From assembly GCA_045578865.1 (NCBI GenBank), contig JAZNLB010000017.1:24054-88053 (forward strand): DNA of 64,000 nt, in the 5' to 3' direction. This document shows, piece by piece, positions 1-10,277 of this stretch. Under the pieces are notes generated by a model, which ran no database searches, was not told the DNA's origin, and saw nothing but the letters and a program-made list of their open reading frames with translations. Numbering within the stretch: position 1 is the stretch's first letter; every line of letters begins with the position of its first letter. The position numbers were made by a program, and so were the translations under genes. The DNA is from Clostridia bacterium (lineage in GTDB: Bacteria > Bacillota > Clostridia > UBA1381 > UMGS1253).

Positions 1-1117
1 CATTTTTGAGCATCGAAAGAAGTTCGGATTTAATCTTTTTCTTTAGGTTTGCGGCAATCGCCTTTAACTGACGGTCGTGCTGGAGCATCTCGCGCGAAAT
101 ATTTAAAGACAAGTCCGCCGAGTCAACAAGACCACGCACAAAGCCGAAGCAATCCGGCAACAAATCCTCACACTTGTCCATGATAAGTACGCCGTTGGAG
201 TAAAGTTCCAAACCTTTTTTAAACTCTTTGGTATAGTAGTCAAACGGTGCATGCTTGGGGATGAACAAAAGTGCGGTGTAACTTACCAAACCGTCTGCAC
301 TTGTGTGCACAATCTTTGCCGGCGCATCAAAATCGAAAAACTTATCTTTGTAAAAACCTTGATACTCCTCGTCCGTTATTTCGCTTTTGGACTTTTTCCA
401 AAGCGGCACGCGGCTGTTTAGGACCTCAAGTTCTCTGTATGTTTCATACTCGTCCTCGCTGCCTTCTTTTTTGCGCGACTTTTCCACTTCCATCTGAATC
501 GGATGCTTGATGTAGTCGGAATATTTTTTCACCAAAGAACGCAGAGTATAGGCTTCCAAATAATTGCTGTACTTTTCGTCCTCGGTATCCGCTTTTATGG
601 ACAGCGTAATCTGCGTACCGCACTCTGCCTTTTCGCACGGGCGGATTTCGTAGCCGTCTGCGCCGGTGGATTGCCACATAAATGCCTGGTCACTGCCGTA
701 CTTTTTCGTAACCACACTTACGCAATCTGCCACCATAAACGCAGAGTAAAAGCCGACGCCAAACTGACCGATGATGTCCACATTTTCCTCTGTTTCGTTT
801 TCCTTTTTAAAGGCAAGCGAACCGCTTTTTGCAATCGTACCGAGGTTTTCTTCGAGTTCCTTTTCGTCCATACCGATACCAGTATCCGTAATCACAAGCA
901 ATTTCTTTTCCTTGTCTGCATCTATACGGATATAAAAATCCTCACGGTTAAATTCAATATTTTCATCCTTTAAAGATAAATAATACAATTTGTCAATCGC
1001 ATCGTTTGCATTGGAAATCAATTCACGCAGAAAAATTTCCTTATGCGTGTAAATCGAGTTAATCATCATATCCAAAAGCCTTTTCGACTCGGATTTAAAC
1101 TGTTTTTTCGCCATCAT
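1..1117 (-). CDS. htpG: Molecular chaperone HtpG (Hsp90 family), N-terminal part; gene continues past the left edge
   Basis: Absent from the ORF track because there is no stop in the window. The reverse complement from ATGATG at 1117-1112 reads [44 protein letters not shown], the Hsp90 N-terminal ATPase signature. A GGAG lies 6 nt upstream. Confidence 0.9.
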   Translation of the reverse strand, partial: MMAKKQFKSESKRLLDMMINSIYTHKEIFLRELISNANDAIDKLYYLSLKDENIEFNREDFYIRIDADKEKKLLVITDTGIGMDEKELEENLGTIAKSGSLAFKKENETEENVDIIGQFGVGFYSAFMVADCVSVVTKKYGSDQAFMWQSTGADGYEIRPCEKAECGTQITLSIKADTEDEKYSNYLEAYTLRSLVKKYSDYIKHPIQMEVEKSRKKEGSEDEYETYRELEVLNSRVPLWKKSKSEITDEEYQGFYKDKFFDFDAPAKIVHTSADGLVSYTALLFIPKHAPFDYYTKEFKKGLELYSNGVLIMDKCEDLLPDCFGFVRGLVDSADLSLNISREMLQHDRQLKAIAANLKKKIKSELLSMLKN

Positions 1118-1134
1118 TTCCATCTCCTTTATTT

Positions 1135-1161
1135 TTAGCACTCGCCAAACCGGAGTGCTAA
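1135..1161. promoter_or_regulatory. CIRCE element (HrcA operator), TTAGCACTC-N9-GAGTGCTAA
   Basis: ttagcactc gccaaaccg gagtgctaa is a perfect 9-N9-9 match to the CIRCE consensus. It sits between the predicted htpG promoter and the htpG RBS. Confidence 0.85.
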
Positions 1162-1166
1162 AATGT

Positions 1167-1194
1167 ATTATACACCATTGCGAAAAAAAGTCAA
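1167..1194 (-). promoter_or_regulatory. Sigma-A type promoter for htpG (TTGACT-16 nt-TATAAT on the minus strand)
   Basis: The reverse complement of 1189-1194 is TTGACT and of 1167-1172 is TATAAT, with a 16-nt spacer. It lies immediately upstream of CIRCE. Confidence 0.55.
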
Positions 1195-1278
1195 CCAAAT
1201 CTTGAAATGTTAAAAAATTCTTAAAAAGTAATTTTTCTGTTTTCTTTTGGACAAATTTATTGTATGATATAATATGTA

Positions 1279-2022
1279 ATGATGAAAGCGAGGCGCGTTG
1301 AAACTTTGAAAAAAATAAGTATTATTTTTCTGCTTTTCGTGTTGCTGCTTTCCTGCGCCTGCACAAAGCCACCGCAGGAAGCCCCAGTAAGCATACCGCA
1401 GACCGATATAAAAAAAGCCCCCAACTACGGCAGCATTTTTGCGCGCACCCCTGACGGCGATTTTTATAGCCGTACCGACGGCGAAAAAACTTATCTCACC
1501 TGCCGAAGCGGTCATGGTGCAACCGAAGTTGCCGTTTTGGACGGTACCTGGCGTTTTTCCCTCTGCAAGCCGACCGAAGCATATGATTACTTGCTCTTTG
1601 ACGGCTACCGTGAAAGCGAGCAAGGTTATCGCGGCAGCGTATTCATGTATGTAAAAAAAACCCAAACCTTTACGGCATTCTTTGATGCTCCGACAAGCAA
1701 CGCCATCATTTTACCGACAGACGATGAAAATCATGCGGATTTGGCGTGGGTGCTGTTGCAAGCAGACGAAGGCGCTTCCCTTGTGCCGATAAATTTGCGT
1801 GATGGTACTACGCAGATGGGACAAATTGTATCTTTTGCCCAAACGGATTATGCCGCCGAAAGCGAAAATATACTGCCCGTTTTAAAAATATCGGACGACA
1901 CGCCGCTTCAAATCCGAATTGAAAATAAAACCTACGAGGGCAGCAGCGTTCTGTCCACCGTTTCGTATATCTATGATTTTGAGGAAAACAAACTGACAAA
2001 AATGACCGAGGAGGAAGAATAA
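1279..2022 (+). CDS. Putative lipoprotein, unknown function
   Basis: ORF track entry. The N-terminus [18 protein letters not shown] is a signal peptide with a lipobox (LLSC). The true start may be TTG at 1306. TGATATAAT at 1266-1273 looks like an extended -10. Confidence 0.7.
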   Translation: MMKARRVETLKKISIIFLLFVLLLSCACTKPPQEAPVSIPQTDIKKAPNYGSIFARTPDGDFYSRTDGEKTYLTCRSGHGATEVAVLDGTWRFSLCKPTEAYDYLLFDGYRESEQGYRGSVFMYVKKTQTFTAFFDAPTSNAIILPTDDENHADLAWVLLQADEGASLVPINLRDGTTQMGQIVSFAQTDYAAESENILPVLKISDDTPLQIRIENKTYEGSSVLSTVSYIYDFEENKLTKMTEEEE

Positions 2023-2024
2023 TC

Positions 2025-2678
2025 ATGCAACTGAGCAAAACCATTGACCATACCCTATTGAAAGCGGATGCAACCACCGCAGATGTGTTGCGCCTGTGCG
2101 CTGAGGCAAAGCAGTATAACTTTGCTTCCGTCTGTGTAAATGCGTGCCACGCAAAAACCGTAGCTGAATCCCTTTCAGACAGCGATGTGAAAACTTGCTG
2201 TGTTGTAGGCTTTCCGCTTGGTGCGATGACGAGTGCGGCAAAAGCATTTGAGGCAAAAGAGGCCGTAGCCAACGGAGCGCAGGAAATTGATATGGTTATA
2301 AACATCGGCGCACTCAAAGAGAAAAATGATGCCTTTGTCGAGGCAGACATCCGCGCCGTTGTCGAGGCATCGAAACCCGCCATCGTCAAGGTGATTATTG
2401 AAACCTGCTATCTGACAGAGGAAGAAAAAAAGCGCGCATGTGCGCTTGCAGTACAAGCGGGCGCGGCGTTCGTAAAAACCTCCACAGGCTTTGGAGGCGG
2501 CGGCGCAACCGCAAAAGATGTCGCTTTGATGAAATCATGCGTAAGCGGTAAAGCACTGGTCAAAGCCTCGGGCGGCATCCGCACAAACGAAGATGCACAT
2601 AAAATGCTTGCAGCCGGCGCAGACCGTATAGGTGCAAGCGCAGGCATTGCAATCGTATCGGAGGAGGACTACATATGA
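2025..2678 (+). CDS. deoC: Deoxyribose-phosphate aldolase
   Basis: The 217-aa translation has [16 protein letters not shown] and [14 protein letters not shown], typical of class I DeoC aldolases. Confidence 0.9.
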   Translation: MQLSKTIDHTLLKADATTADVLRLCAEAKQYNFASVCVNACHAKTVAESLSDSDVKTCCVVGFPLGAMTSAAKAFEAKEAVANGAQEIDMVINIGALKEKNDAFVEADIRAVVEASKPAIVKVIIETCYLTEEEKKRACALAVQAGAAFVKTSTGFGGGGATAKDVALMKSCVSGKALVKASGGIRTNEDAHKMLAAGADRIGASAGIAIVSEEDYI

Positions 2679-3319
2679 AAACCAGAGTTTATGTTGTGCG
2701 CCACGGCGAAAGCCTGGGCAATGTAGAAGATAAATTTAATGGCCACATCAATTTTGATTTAACCGAGCGCGGACACGCGCAGGCGGAATGTACTGCAAAA
2801 TTTTTAGATGATTATCCGATTGATGTGATTTACGCAAGTGATTTAAACCGTGCTTTCGATACCGCCATGCATACGGCAAAACGAAAAGGCCTTGAAGTCA
2901 TACCGAGCGAGGGACTGCGTGAAATCAACGGCGGCGCATACGAGGGCATGCTCTATAAAAGCATCATCGACCACTATCCGAAAGAGTTTTATACATGGCT
3001 CCACGACATCGGCAACAGCCATTGCCCCGACGGCGAAAGCATTGCTCAACTTGCCGAGCGTATCACAACCGAAGTTAAGCGCATCGTTGCCGAAAATCGC
3101 GGCAAAAACATCTTAATTGCCACCCATGCTACACCGGTACGCGTGCTGACCTGCAACTGGTTGGGCATCCCAATTACCGAAATGAGCAAAACGGACTGGG
3201 TAAATAATGCTTCCGTCTGCATCGTCGATTATGATGAAAATGGCCACGCAGAAATTATCGCCTACAACCTGCACGAACACATTGGCGAGTTGAATACATT
3301 TTTACCAAAAGATATTTAA
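2675..3319 (+). CDS. Histidine phosphatase family protein (phosphoglycerate mutase-like)
   Basis: The N-terminal RHGES..GN motif, ERG and HATP motifs are present. The start overlaps the deoC stop by 4 nt. Confidence 0.85.
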   Translation: MKTRVYVVRHGESLGNVEDKFNGHINFDLTERGHAQAECTAKFLDDYPIDVIYASDLNRAFDTAMHTAKRKGLEVIPSEGLREINGGAYEGMLYKSIIDHYPKEFYTWLHDIGNSHCPDGESIAQLAERITTEVKRIVAENRGKNILIATHATPVRVLTCNWLGIPITEMSKTDWVNNASVCIVDYDENGHAEIIAYNLHEHIGELNTFLPKDI

Positions 3320-3356
3320 AAGAGAGCGAGGAATACATTATTCCTCGCTCTCTTTT
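3318..3356. terminator. Bidirectional rho-independent terminator
   Basis: A 14-bp perfect stem (agagagcgaggaat / attcctcgctctct) with a 5-nt loop is flanked by A and T runs. It lies between convergent genes and overlaps the spoIVA stop. Confidence 0.8.
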
Positions 3357-4824
3357 AAAGTATTATGCAAATCAAGCCGCCTGAGCCTTCGTTTATAATC
3401 CTCGAAAGGGTTTCTTGCAGTTTAATTTGTGCATCATCCGGCATATGTCCAAGTTTCGTTCGCAGTCCTTCATTCACAAGCTCGTGCAGGGATTTTCCGA
3501 AAATATTAGACTCCCATATCTTTTTCGGGTCGGCATCAAATTCGCTGAGCAAATACGATACGAGTTCCTCCGATTGTTTTTCCGAGCCGACAATCGGGCT
3601 AACCTCGGTTTCAATGTCTGCACGAATCATATGGATAGATGGTGCACTTGCGCGCAATTTAACGCCGAAACGGTTACCCTGGCGCACAATTTCCGGCTCC
3701 TCCAAGGTTAACTCATCAATCGTCGGCGTGACAATCCCATAGCCTTTTTGGCTGACCTCCTGCATTGCGGCTGCAACACGGTCATAATTTTTCTTTGCTT
3801 CCGCCAAAGTGCATATCGTTGAAATCAACGCCGCTTCTCCCTCAATTTGCAAACCCGTCAACTGCCCAAGCACATCATAGAGCAAGTTTTCGGGCGTAGT
3901 AAGCGAAATCACCGCACTGCCGTCACCTAAATCAATTCTGCTCGCCTCTGCCTCGCTGACAAAGTCATACATCTCCAGTTTTTCCGCTGCTGCGCGGATG
4001 TCACCGATAAATCGAATGTCCTGCGTTGCGGCAAGGGCGGCATCATACATCTGCGTTTTGAGAGGATGCTCTGTTTCCAATCCTTCAATCCAACGCGGAA
4101 CTTTAATTAAAATTTCACTAACCGGAAAACGATAGAGCACTTGCTCTAAAATGCGCGTAATATCTCCCTTCGTCAGCTCGGAGCAGTTTACGGGCAACAC
4201 CGGCTCGCCGTATTTTTCACTAAGTGATTGTGCAAGCGCAAGCGTGGATGGTGCATCCGGATTTTCGCAATTCAAAAGCACGGCAAAGGGTTTGCCAATA
4301 TGCTTTAACTCGCCGATTACTCGCTCCTCCGCCTCCACATACGCCTCTCGTTCAAGTTCAGAAAAACTTGCATCCGTCGTTACCACAAGACCGATGGTTG
4401 CATGTTCAAATATCACCTTTTGCGTACCGATTTCTGCCGCGCGGTCAAACGGAATTTCATAATCGTACCACGGTGTCTGCACCATGCGCGCCTGCCCGTC
4501 CTCCGTATGTCCGACTGCGCCGTCCACCATATAACCGACACAGTCAATCATGCGTACACGCATCGTCAAACCGTCAGCATATGTCAGTTCCACGGCCTTA
4601 TTAGGAACAAATTTCGGTTCCGTAGTCATAATGGTTTTACCTGCCGCACTCTGCGGCAGTTCGTCACGCGCTCGAGCTGCCGCAAATGCATCGCTCATTT
4701 CCGGCAGCACCAGCGTATCCATAAACTTCTTAATTAAGGTCGATTTTCCCGTACGCACGGGACCGACCACGCCGATGTAAATGTCGCCCTGCGTACGCTG
4801 AGCAATATCCTGATAGATGTTCAT
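3355..4824 (-). CDS. spoIVA: Stage IV sporulation protein A (spore coat basement-layer ATPase)
   Basis: 489 aa. The start MNIYQDIAQRTQGDIYIGVVGPVRTGKSTLIKKFM (Walker A) and the overall length are characteristic of SpoIVA. Confidence 0.9.
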   Translation of the reverse strand: MNIYQDIAQRTQGDIYIGVVGPVRTGKSTLIKKFMDTLVLPEMSDAFAAARARDELPQSAAGKTIMTTEPKFVPNKAVELTYADGLTMRVRMIDCVGYMVDGAVGHTEDGQARMVQTPWYDYEIPFDRAAEIGTQKVIFEHATIGLVVTTDASFSELEREAYVEAEERVIGELKHIGKPFAVLLNCENPDAPSTLALAQSLSEKYGEPVLPVNCSELTKGDITRILEQVLYRFPVSEILIKVPRWIEGLETEHPLKTQMYDAALAATQDIRFIGDIRAAAEKLEMYDFVSEAEASRIDLGDGSAVISLTTPENLLYDVLGQLTGLQIEGEAALISTICTLAEAKKNYDRVAAAMQEVSQKGYGIVTPTIDELTLEEPEIVRQGNRFGVKLRASAPSIHMIRADIETEVSPIVGSEKQSEELVSYLLSEFDADPKKIWESNIFGKSLHELVNEGLRTKLGHMPDDAQIKLQETLSRIINEGSGGLICIIL

Positions 4825-4918
4825 AACCCTCCGACCTTTCCGTTTGCAAATTCTAAGCGCTGTTGCTTTTGTACATATATATTTTGCCTGTCCCCGGATT
4901 ATGAATTTTTTACATAAA

Positions 4919-4943
4919 AAAAGAAGAGCCTCAGCTCTTCTTT
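4919..4943 (-). terminator. Terminator of pgsA, overlapping its stop codon
   Basis: On the minus strand, aagaagagc-tgag-gctcttctt is followed by TTTTTAT. Confidence 0.6.
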
Positions 4944-5476
4944 AACTGTTTCTGATATTTTATGTATGCGGCGATGTAAGAAACCAACGCCATATAGTTC
5001 ACGCCGACAATCGAAACCGCCACCCAAAAGGCATGAAACTCGCCAAGCGGAATTACACGAGGAAACAATAAAATCAAAGTGCAGGTGAAACTCACAAAAC
5101 AAGCAATCTTGCCAAACCAATTTGCCTGCGTAATGATACCGCTTTTATAAAGCACCAGCGCACCGATGCCCAGCAAAAGTTCCTTAATGCCGACCAAAAT
5201 CACAACCCAAGCCAGAGAGTAGTGTGTGTGAAATGCCAAACAAATGAGCGCCGTAAGTTGCATAGCTTTGTCTGCAATCGGGTCAAGCGCTTTGCCCAAA
5301 TTTGTAACCATATTAAATCTTCTGGCGATAAACCCGTCGAGCACATCCGTAACAAAGGCGACAACCAAAACCGCCATAGCATAATACTGCGCTCCTACAA
5401 CCGGCATCATATACACCAGCAAAAATACAGGCATCAGACAAAGTCTTATACAGGTCAGTATGTTTGGTATGCTCAT
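4931..5476 (-). CDS. pgsA: CDP-diacylglycerol--glycerol-3-phosphate 3-phosphatidyltransferase
   Basis: CDP-alcohol phosphatidyltransferase motif DVLDGFIARR...G..LDPIADK; multi-TM protein of 181 aa. Confidence 0.85.
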   Translation of the reverse strand: MSIPNILTCIRLCLMPVFLLVYMMPVVGAQYYAMAVLVVAFVTDVLDGFIARRFNMVTNLGKALDPIADKAMQLTALICLAFHTHYSLAWVVILVGIKELLLGIGALVLYKSGIITQANWFGKIACFVSFTCTLILLFPRVIPLGEFHAFWVAVSIVGVNYMALVSYIAAYIKYQKQLKKS

Positions 5477-5498
5477 ACCAATCCCTCCCCAAAAAGAT

Positions 5499-6470
5499 TT
5501 ACCAACTCATTACCTTGCAAAGACGAATTAAATCCGGATTTAACTCCTTCTTCATAGCAAGACCTTCATCAATATCCACATCACAGACTCTGTGATTTTT
5601 CACGACAATGACACGATTGGATTTTCCCTCCATCAACGCCTCAACAGCCTTTAAGCCCATTTCACTTGCACGCACACGATCTTCTACCGTCGGCGAGCCG
5701 CCGCGCTGCATGTGTCCCAAAATCGTTGCGGTGGTTTTAATGCCCGTGCGGTTTTCAATCTCTGCCGCCATTTCCATCGCACCGCCGACACCCTCGGCAA
5801 CAATCACAAGATAATGCGTTTTCCCGCGGTTTTTGCCTTCGATAATCGGGCGCAATACATCTTCGTCAAAATCAAATTTCTTTTCCGGAATAATTACGGC
5901 TTCCGCCCCGCAGGCAATGCCGGCATGCACGGCAATGTAGCCCGCATCACGCCCCATAACCTCGATAACGGAACTGCGCTCATGGCTCGTTGCCGTATCA
6001 CGAATTTTGTCAATCGCATCCTTGGCGGTATTGAGCGCCGTATCGTAACCGATGCAATACTCCGTACAACCGATGTCATTGTCAATCGTTGCCGGGATAC
6101 CAACAGTTTTCACGCCGGCTTTTGCCAGGTCACGCGCACCGCGAAAAGAACCGTCTCCTCCGATAACCACCAGACCGTCGAGTCCAAAGATTTTCGCAAT
6201 CTCCGCACCGCGTTGTACACCCTCCGGCGAAGAAAATTCCGGACATCTTGCCGTTTGCAGAATTGTACCGCCGCGCTGGAGCGTTTCCGATACACTTCTC
6301 GCATTCATTTCAAATATATCACCGTTAATCAGACCTTTATAGCCTTTGCGAATACCCATGACCTGAATACCGTTGTACACTGCGGTTCGCACAACACTTC
6401 GCACGGCTGCATTCATACCCGGCGCATCACCGCCGCTGGTAAGCACACCGATTTTCTTTATCGTTGCCAC
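5499..6470 (-). CDS. pfkA: ATP-dependent 6-phosphofructokinase
   Basis: IGVLTSGGDAPGMNAA, GGDGS and MGR motifs are present. I place the start at GTG 6470, 8 nt after AAGGAGG. The ORF track extends to 6500. Confidence 0.9.
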   Translation of the reverse strand: MATIKKIGVLTSGGDAPGMNAAVRSVVRTAVYNGIQVMGIRKGYKGLINGDIFEMNARSVSETLQRGGTILQTARCPEFSSPEGVQRGAEIAKIFGLDGLVVIGGDGSFRGARDLAKAGVKTVGIPATIDNDIGCTEYCIGYDTALNTAKDAIDKIRDTATSHERSSVIEVMGRDAGYIAVHAGIACGAEAVIIPEKKFDFDEDVLRPIIEGKNRGKTHYLVIVAEGVGGAMEMAAEIENRTGIKTTATILGHMQRGGSPTVEDRVRASEMGLKAVEALMEGKSNRVIVVKNHRVCDVDIDEGLAMKKELNPDLIRLCKVMSW

Positions 6471-6483
6471 TCGTATCTCCTCC

Positions 6484-6681
6484 TTAAAAGTCCGTATCAA
6501 TAATCACTTCGTGCGCTTGTGCAACCTCAGCTTCCGGCACGAGCACCTCAATGCTCCCGTCCTCTGCGGTGGCCGCATCGTATAACGGATGCAAACGCGC
6601 AATAATGCCTTTATCTTCCAAAAGTTCTTTGAGTCGTTTTGCAACTGCTTTGCTTCTGGCAATATAAATCACTGTCCACAT
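6484..6681 (-). CDS. Small conserved hypothetical protein (about 65 aa; possibly DUF2007-like)
   Basis: ORF track entry, with the start moved to ATG 6681 downstream of a GGAGG. It sits between dnaE and pfkA. The family assignment is from memory only. Confidence 0.45.
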   Translation of the reverse strand: MWTVIYIARSKAVAKRLKELLEDKGIIARLHPLYDAATAEDGSIEVLVPEAEVAQAHEVIIDTDF

Positions 6682-6764
6682 GGATAAAATCTCCTCCAAG
6701 ATAAGAGATAAACTCAAACTTATCTACCATTTTACACCAAATTATCGCAAAATGCAACTTTTAA

Positions 6765-9700
6765 TTATTTATACTTTACGCAATCTTCTCCCAAAATGGC
6801 GGAAAGTTCCTGCGTCAGCGCAGCAGAGGCATCGCACCAAAGTTCCCGGCTCGTATATTTAATTTCGCTTGTTTTTTCGAAAAATATACATACCGGCGTT
6901 TCGCCGCCATGTGCCGAAATCACCTTTTTAACCGCACGCCACGCCGCCTCGTTGCCCGCTTTGATTTTGATGAAAAGTTTTTGCGTTTTTTGCGTGCCGA
7001 GCACCTGCTCCATCGGTGTAATGTTTTCTAAAATCAATTTCGGTGCCTCGTCTTCACGCAGGCTGACACGCGCTTTGATAAACACGATTTCATCCTCATT
7101 CATCATTGCGGCGCACGCCTCATATTTTTTAGGGAATACAATTACATCCAGACTTCCGTACAAATCTTCAAACCGCAAAAACGCCATCATGGTTGCGCTC
7201 TTCGTGGTTTTATTGCGGCGCGCGGTAATGATGCCGCCGACCGTAACCATATCGCCGTCTTTAAAACGCCCGTCCTGTGCAATGACATAATCTCCACTCT
7301 CATCCTGTGTGGCGAGCGCATTGATTTCGCCTAAGTTTGCATTGGAAAATCGCAAAATGATATCTTTGTAATCATCGAGCGGATGCCCCGACAAATACAG
7401 ACCTATGGTTTCCTTTTCCATCGCCAAAAGGTCGCGCTTTTCATATTCCGGCAGCGGCGCAAACGCATCGTCTGCCTTTGCTTGTGCCGGCTCATCATCA
7501 AAGAGGGAAAGTTGACCCTCCAGCACATCTTTATTGCCTGCACTGATGGTGCCCACCAGATGCTCGTAGGTGCCCATCAAAGTAGCACGGGTATGCCCAA
7601 GCGAGTCAAACGCACCACACCGAATTAAGTTTTCAAGCGAACGCTTATTTAAGTCGCTTTGCGCCATGCGCTCGGCAAAATCCGTAAATCCCTTAAATTC
7701 ACCGCGCACTTCACGCTCCTCGGCAATCTGCACCAAGAGTCTGTGGCCGACATTTTTTACCGCCTCTAATCCGAAGCGGAGATTGCCGTCCTCTACAGTA
7801 AAACCATAAAAACTCTTGTTGATATCCGGCGGCAGAATAGAAATGCCCATGCGTTCACATTCAAAAATATAGCCCACCGTTTTGTCGGTATCGCTCATGG
7901 TAGAACTAATGAGCGCCGCCATATATTCCGCCGGATAAAATGCCTTTAAATATGCCGTCTGATAAGCAACCACCGCATATGCCGCCGCATGCGACTTGTT
8001 AAATGCGTAACTTGCAAAGTCCATAATTTCATCAAAAATGCTCTTTGCTACCTCTTCCGAGATGCCTCGTGCAATCGCACCTTCGATGACAACATTTCCG
8101 TCCGCATCCTTTAAGCCGTAAATAAAATTCTGTCGCTCAATTTCCATTACATCGTGCTTTTTCTTGCTCATCGCTCGGCGCAAAAGGTCTGCCTTGCCCA
8201 AAGAGTATCCCGCAAGTTTCTGCACAATTTGTAATACCTGCTCCTGATAAATAATACAGCCGTAGGTTACATCTAAAATGGATTCAAGCATTGGATGCTT
8301 ATAGGTGATTTTATCCGGATGGTTTTTATTTTTGATATAACGCGGAATCTGCTCCATCGGACCGGGACGGTACAAAGAAATTCCTGCAATAATATCTTCA
8401 AGCGATGCCGGCCGAAGTTCCTTCATAAAGTCACGCATGCCGGCACTTTCCAACTGGAAAACACCCGAGGTTTCGCCCGAGGAAATCAGTTCAAATACCT
8501 CTTTATCCATATAGTCAAGTTTAGAAAGGTCCGGTGCACTGCCGCGCGTTTTTTTAATATTTTCAAGCGCGTTGGCAATCACGGTTAAGTTGCGAAGCCC
8601 CAGAAAGTCCATTTTCAGAAGGCCCAGATCGCTTAAATTGTCCATGTGATACTGCGTAGTAATCACATCTTTTGCAAATTGAAGCGGTACCTGATGTGAA
8701 ACAGGCTCGCCTGCGATTACGACACCCGCCGCATGTACGCCGCTGTGGCGAGGCAACCCTTCTATCGCCTTCGCAGTATCTAAAAGTTCGTGTATACTTT
8801 CTTCTTGCTCATAAAGTTCATGCAATTCCGGATTGATATCAACGGCTTTTTCAATGGTCATCTTCAAGTCAAACGGCACCAGTTTTGCCACACGGTCCAC
8901 CGTTGCAAGCGGTACATTTAACGCTCTGCCCACATCGCGAATGGCAGCGCGCGCTTTGAGCGTACCAAAGGTGATAATCTGCGCCACACGGTCAGCACCA
9001 TACTTACGATTTACATAATCAATCACTTCACCGCGGCGCTCAATGCAAAAGTCGGTATCAATATCCGGCATACTAACACGCTCCGGATTTAAGAACCGCT
9101 CAAAAAGCAGATTATAGCGCAGCGGGTCAATGGTTGTAATATCAAGCGTATATGCAACGATACTGCCCGCACCCGAGCCTCTGCCCGGACCGACTGCGAT
9201 GCCGTTATCCTTGGCATATTTGATAAAATCCCATACAATTAAGAAGTAGTCCACATAGCCCATCGACGAAATTACACCGAGTTCATACTCCAAGCGGTCT
9301 GTGTGCACCTTCGTCACTTCGCCGTACCGCTTTGCAAGCCCCTCTCGACACAATTTTTCCAGATAGGACTGCGAGGTATAGCCTTCCGGCACATTAAATT
9401 TTGGCAGATGCACCTGCGTAAAATCAAAATCATAATTGCAGCGTTCGGCAATTTTGTTTGTGTTCTCCACTGCCTCAGGCACCCAAGAAAACAGCTGGGC
9501 CATTTCAACGCCGCTCTTCAAATAAAACTCGTCAGAACCAAACCGCATGCGGTCAGGGTCCTCAACGGTTTTTCCCATCTGGATACACATCAGCACATCC
9601 TGATACTTTGCATCCTCTCTGCGGATATAATGCAAGTCGTTTGTACACACAAGCGGCGCATCAATTTCGCGCGCCAGGCGCACAAGCGCAGGATTGGTTT

Positions 9701-10262
9701 TCTTTTGCTCCTCCAGCCCGTGATCCTGTAATTCTATATAATAATTTTCCTTGCCGAAAATGCGCTGATAGTAAAGCGCCGTCTGTCTGGCACCTTCATA
9801 ATCTCCGTCTAAAAGCATGCTCGGAAGCTCGCCCGCCAGACACGCAGACAGACAAATAAGCCCCTCACTGTGCCTCTCTAATAGTTCTTTGTCCACGCGC
9901 GGCTTATAGTAAAAACCTTCCGTATACGCATCCGATACCATTTGGATTAAATTTTTGTAACCAATCTCATTTTTGCATAGTAAAACAAGATGGTGGTTGC
10001 GCGCATCCATCTCATGTGCTTTATCAAAGCGCGTGCGCGAACATACATAGACTTCACAACCGATAATTGGTTTAATGCCCGCTGCCTTTGCTGCCTTGTA
10101 AAAATCAACAGCGCCGTACATCACACCATGGTCGGTAATGGCAATGGCATCCATATTCATCTGCTTGGCGGTCTCCACCAGTTTTTTTACCGGCGCAGCA
10201 CCGTCCAAGAGCGAATACTCCGTATGTACATGTAAATGTGTAAATTTTACGGTTTCCATCAT
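6765..10262 (-). CDS. dnaE: DNA polymerase III alpha subunit (DnaE type)
   Basis: 1165 aa. It has an N-terminal PHP domain (HLHVHTEYSLLDG), a polymerase core and a C-terminal OB region. Confidence 0.95.
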   Translation of the reverse strand: MMETVKFTHLHVHTEYSLLDGAAPVKKLVETAKQMNMDAIAITDHGVMYGAVDFYKAAKAAGIKPIIGCEVYVCSRTRFDKAHEMDARNHHLVLLCKNEIGYKNLIQMVSDAYTEGFYYKPRVDKELLERHSEGLICLSACLAGELPSMLLDGDYEGARQTALYYQRIFGKENYYIELQDHGLEEQKKTNPALVRLAREIDAPLVCTNDLHYIRREDAKYQDVLMCIQMGKTVEDPDRMRFGSDEFYLKSGVEMAQLFSWVPEAVENTNKIAERCNYDFDFTQVHLPKFNVPEGYTSQSYLEKLCREGLAKRYGEVTKVHTDRLEYELGVISSMGYVDYFLIVWDFIKYAKDNGIAVGPGRGSGAGSIVAYTLDITTIDPLRYNLLFERFLNPERVSMPDIDTDFCIERRGEVIDYVNRKYGADRVAQIITFGTLKARAAIRDVGRALNVPLATVDRVAKLVPFDLKMTIEKAVDINPELHELYEQEESIHELLDTAKAIEGLPRHSGVHAAGVVIAGEPVSHQVPLQFAKDVITTQYHMDNLSDLGLLKMDFLGLRNLTVIANALENIKKTRGSAPDLSKLDYMDKEVFELISSGETSGVFQLESAGMRDFMKELRPASLEDIIAGISLYRPGPMEQIPRYIKNKNHPDKITYKHPMLESILDVTYGCIIYQEQVLQIVQKLAGYSLGKADLLRRAMSKKKHDVMEIERQNFIYGLKDADGNVVIEGAIARGISEEVAKSIFDEIMDFASYAFNKSHAAAYAVVAYQTAYLKAFYPAEYMAALISSTMSDTDKTVGYIFECERMGISILPPDINKSFYGFTVEDGNLRFGLEAVKNVGHRLLVQIAEEREVRGEFKGFTDFAERMAQSDLNKRSLENLIRCGAFDSLGHTRATLMGTYEHLVGTISAGNKDVLEGQLSLFDDEPAQAKADDAFAPLPEYEKRDLLAMEKETIGLYLSGHPLDDYKDIILRFSNANLGEINALATQDESGDYVIAQDGRFKDGDMVTVGGIITARRNKTTKSATMMAFLRFEDLYGSLDVIVFPKKYEACAAMMNEDEIVFIKARVSLREDEAPKLILENITPMEQVLGTQKTQKLFIKIKAGNEAAWRAVKKVISAHGGETPVCIFFEKTSEIKYTSRELWCDASAALTQELSAILGEDCVKYK

Positions 10263-10277
10263 AGCGTTTTTCCTTTG

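Noticed and set aside
1268-1308. Possible leaderless mRNA for the 1279 lipoprotein ORF, since the -10 ends 6 nt before the ATG.
   Set aside because: An in-frame TTG at 1306 preceded by GAGG gives a textbook lipoprotein signal peptide ([12 protein letters not shown]). The sequence alone cannot distinguish the two starts, so no claim is made.
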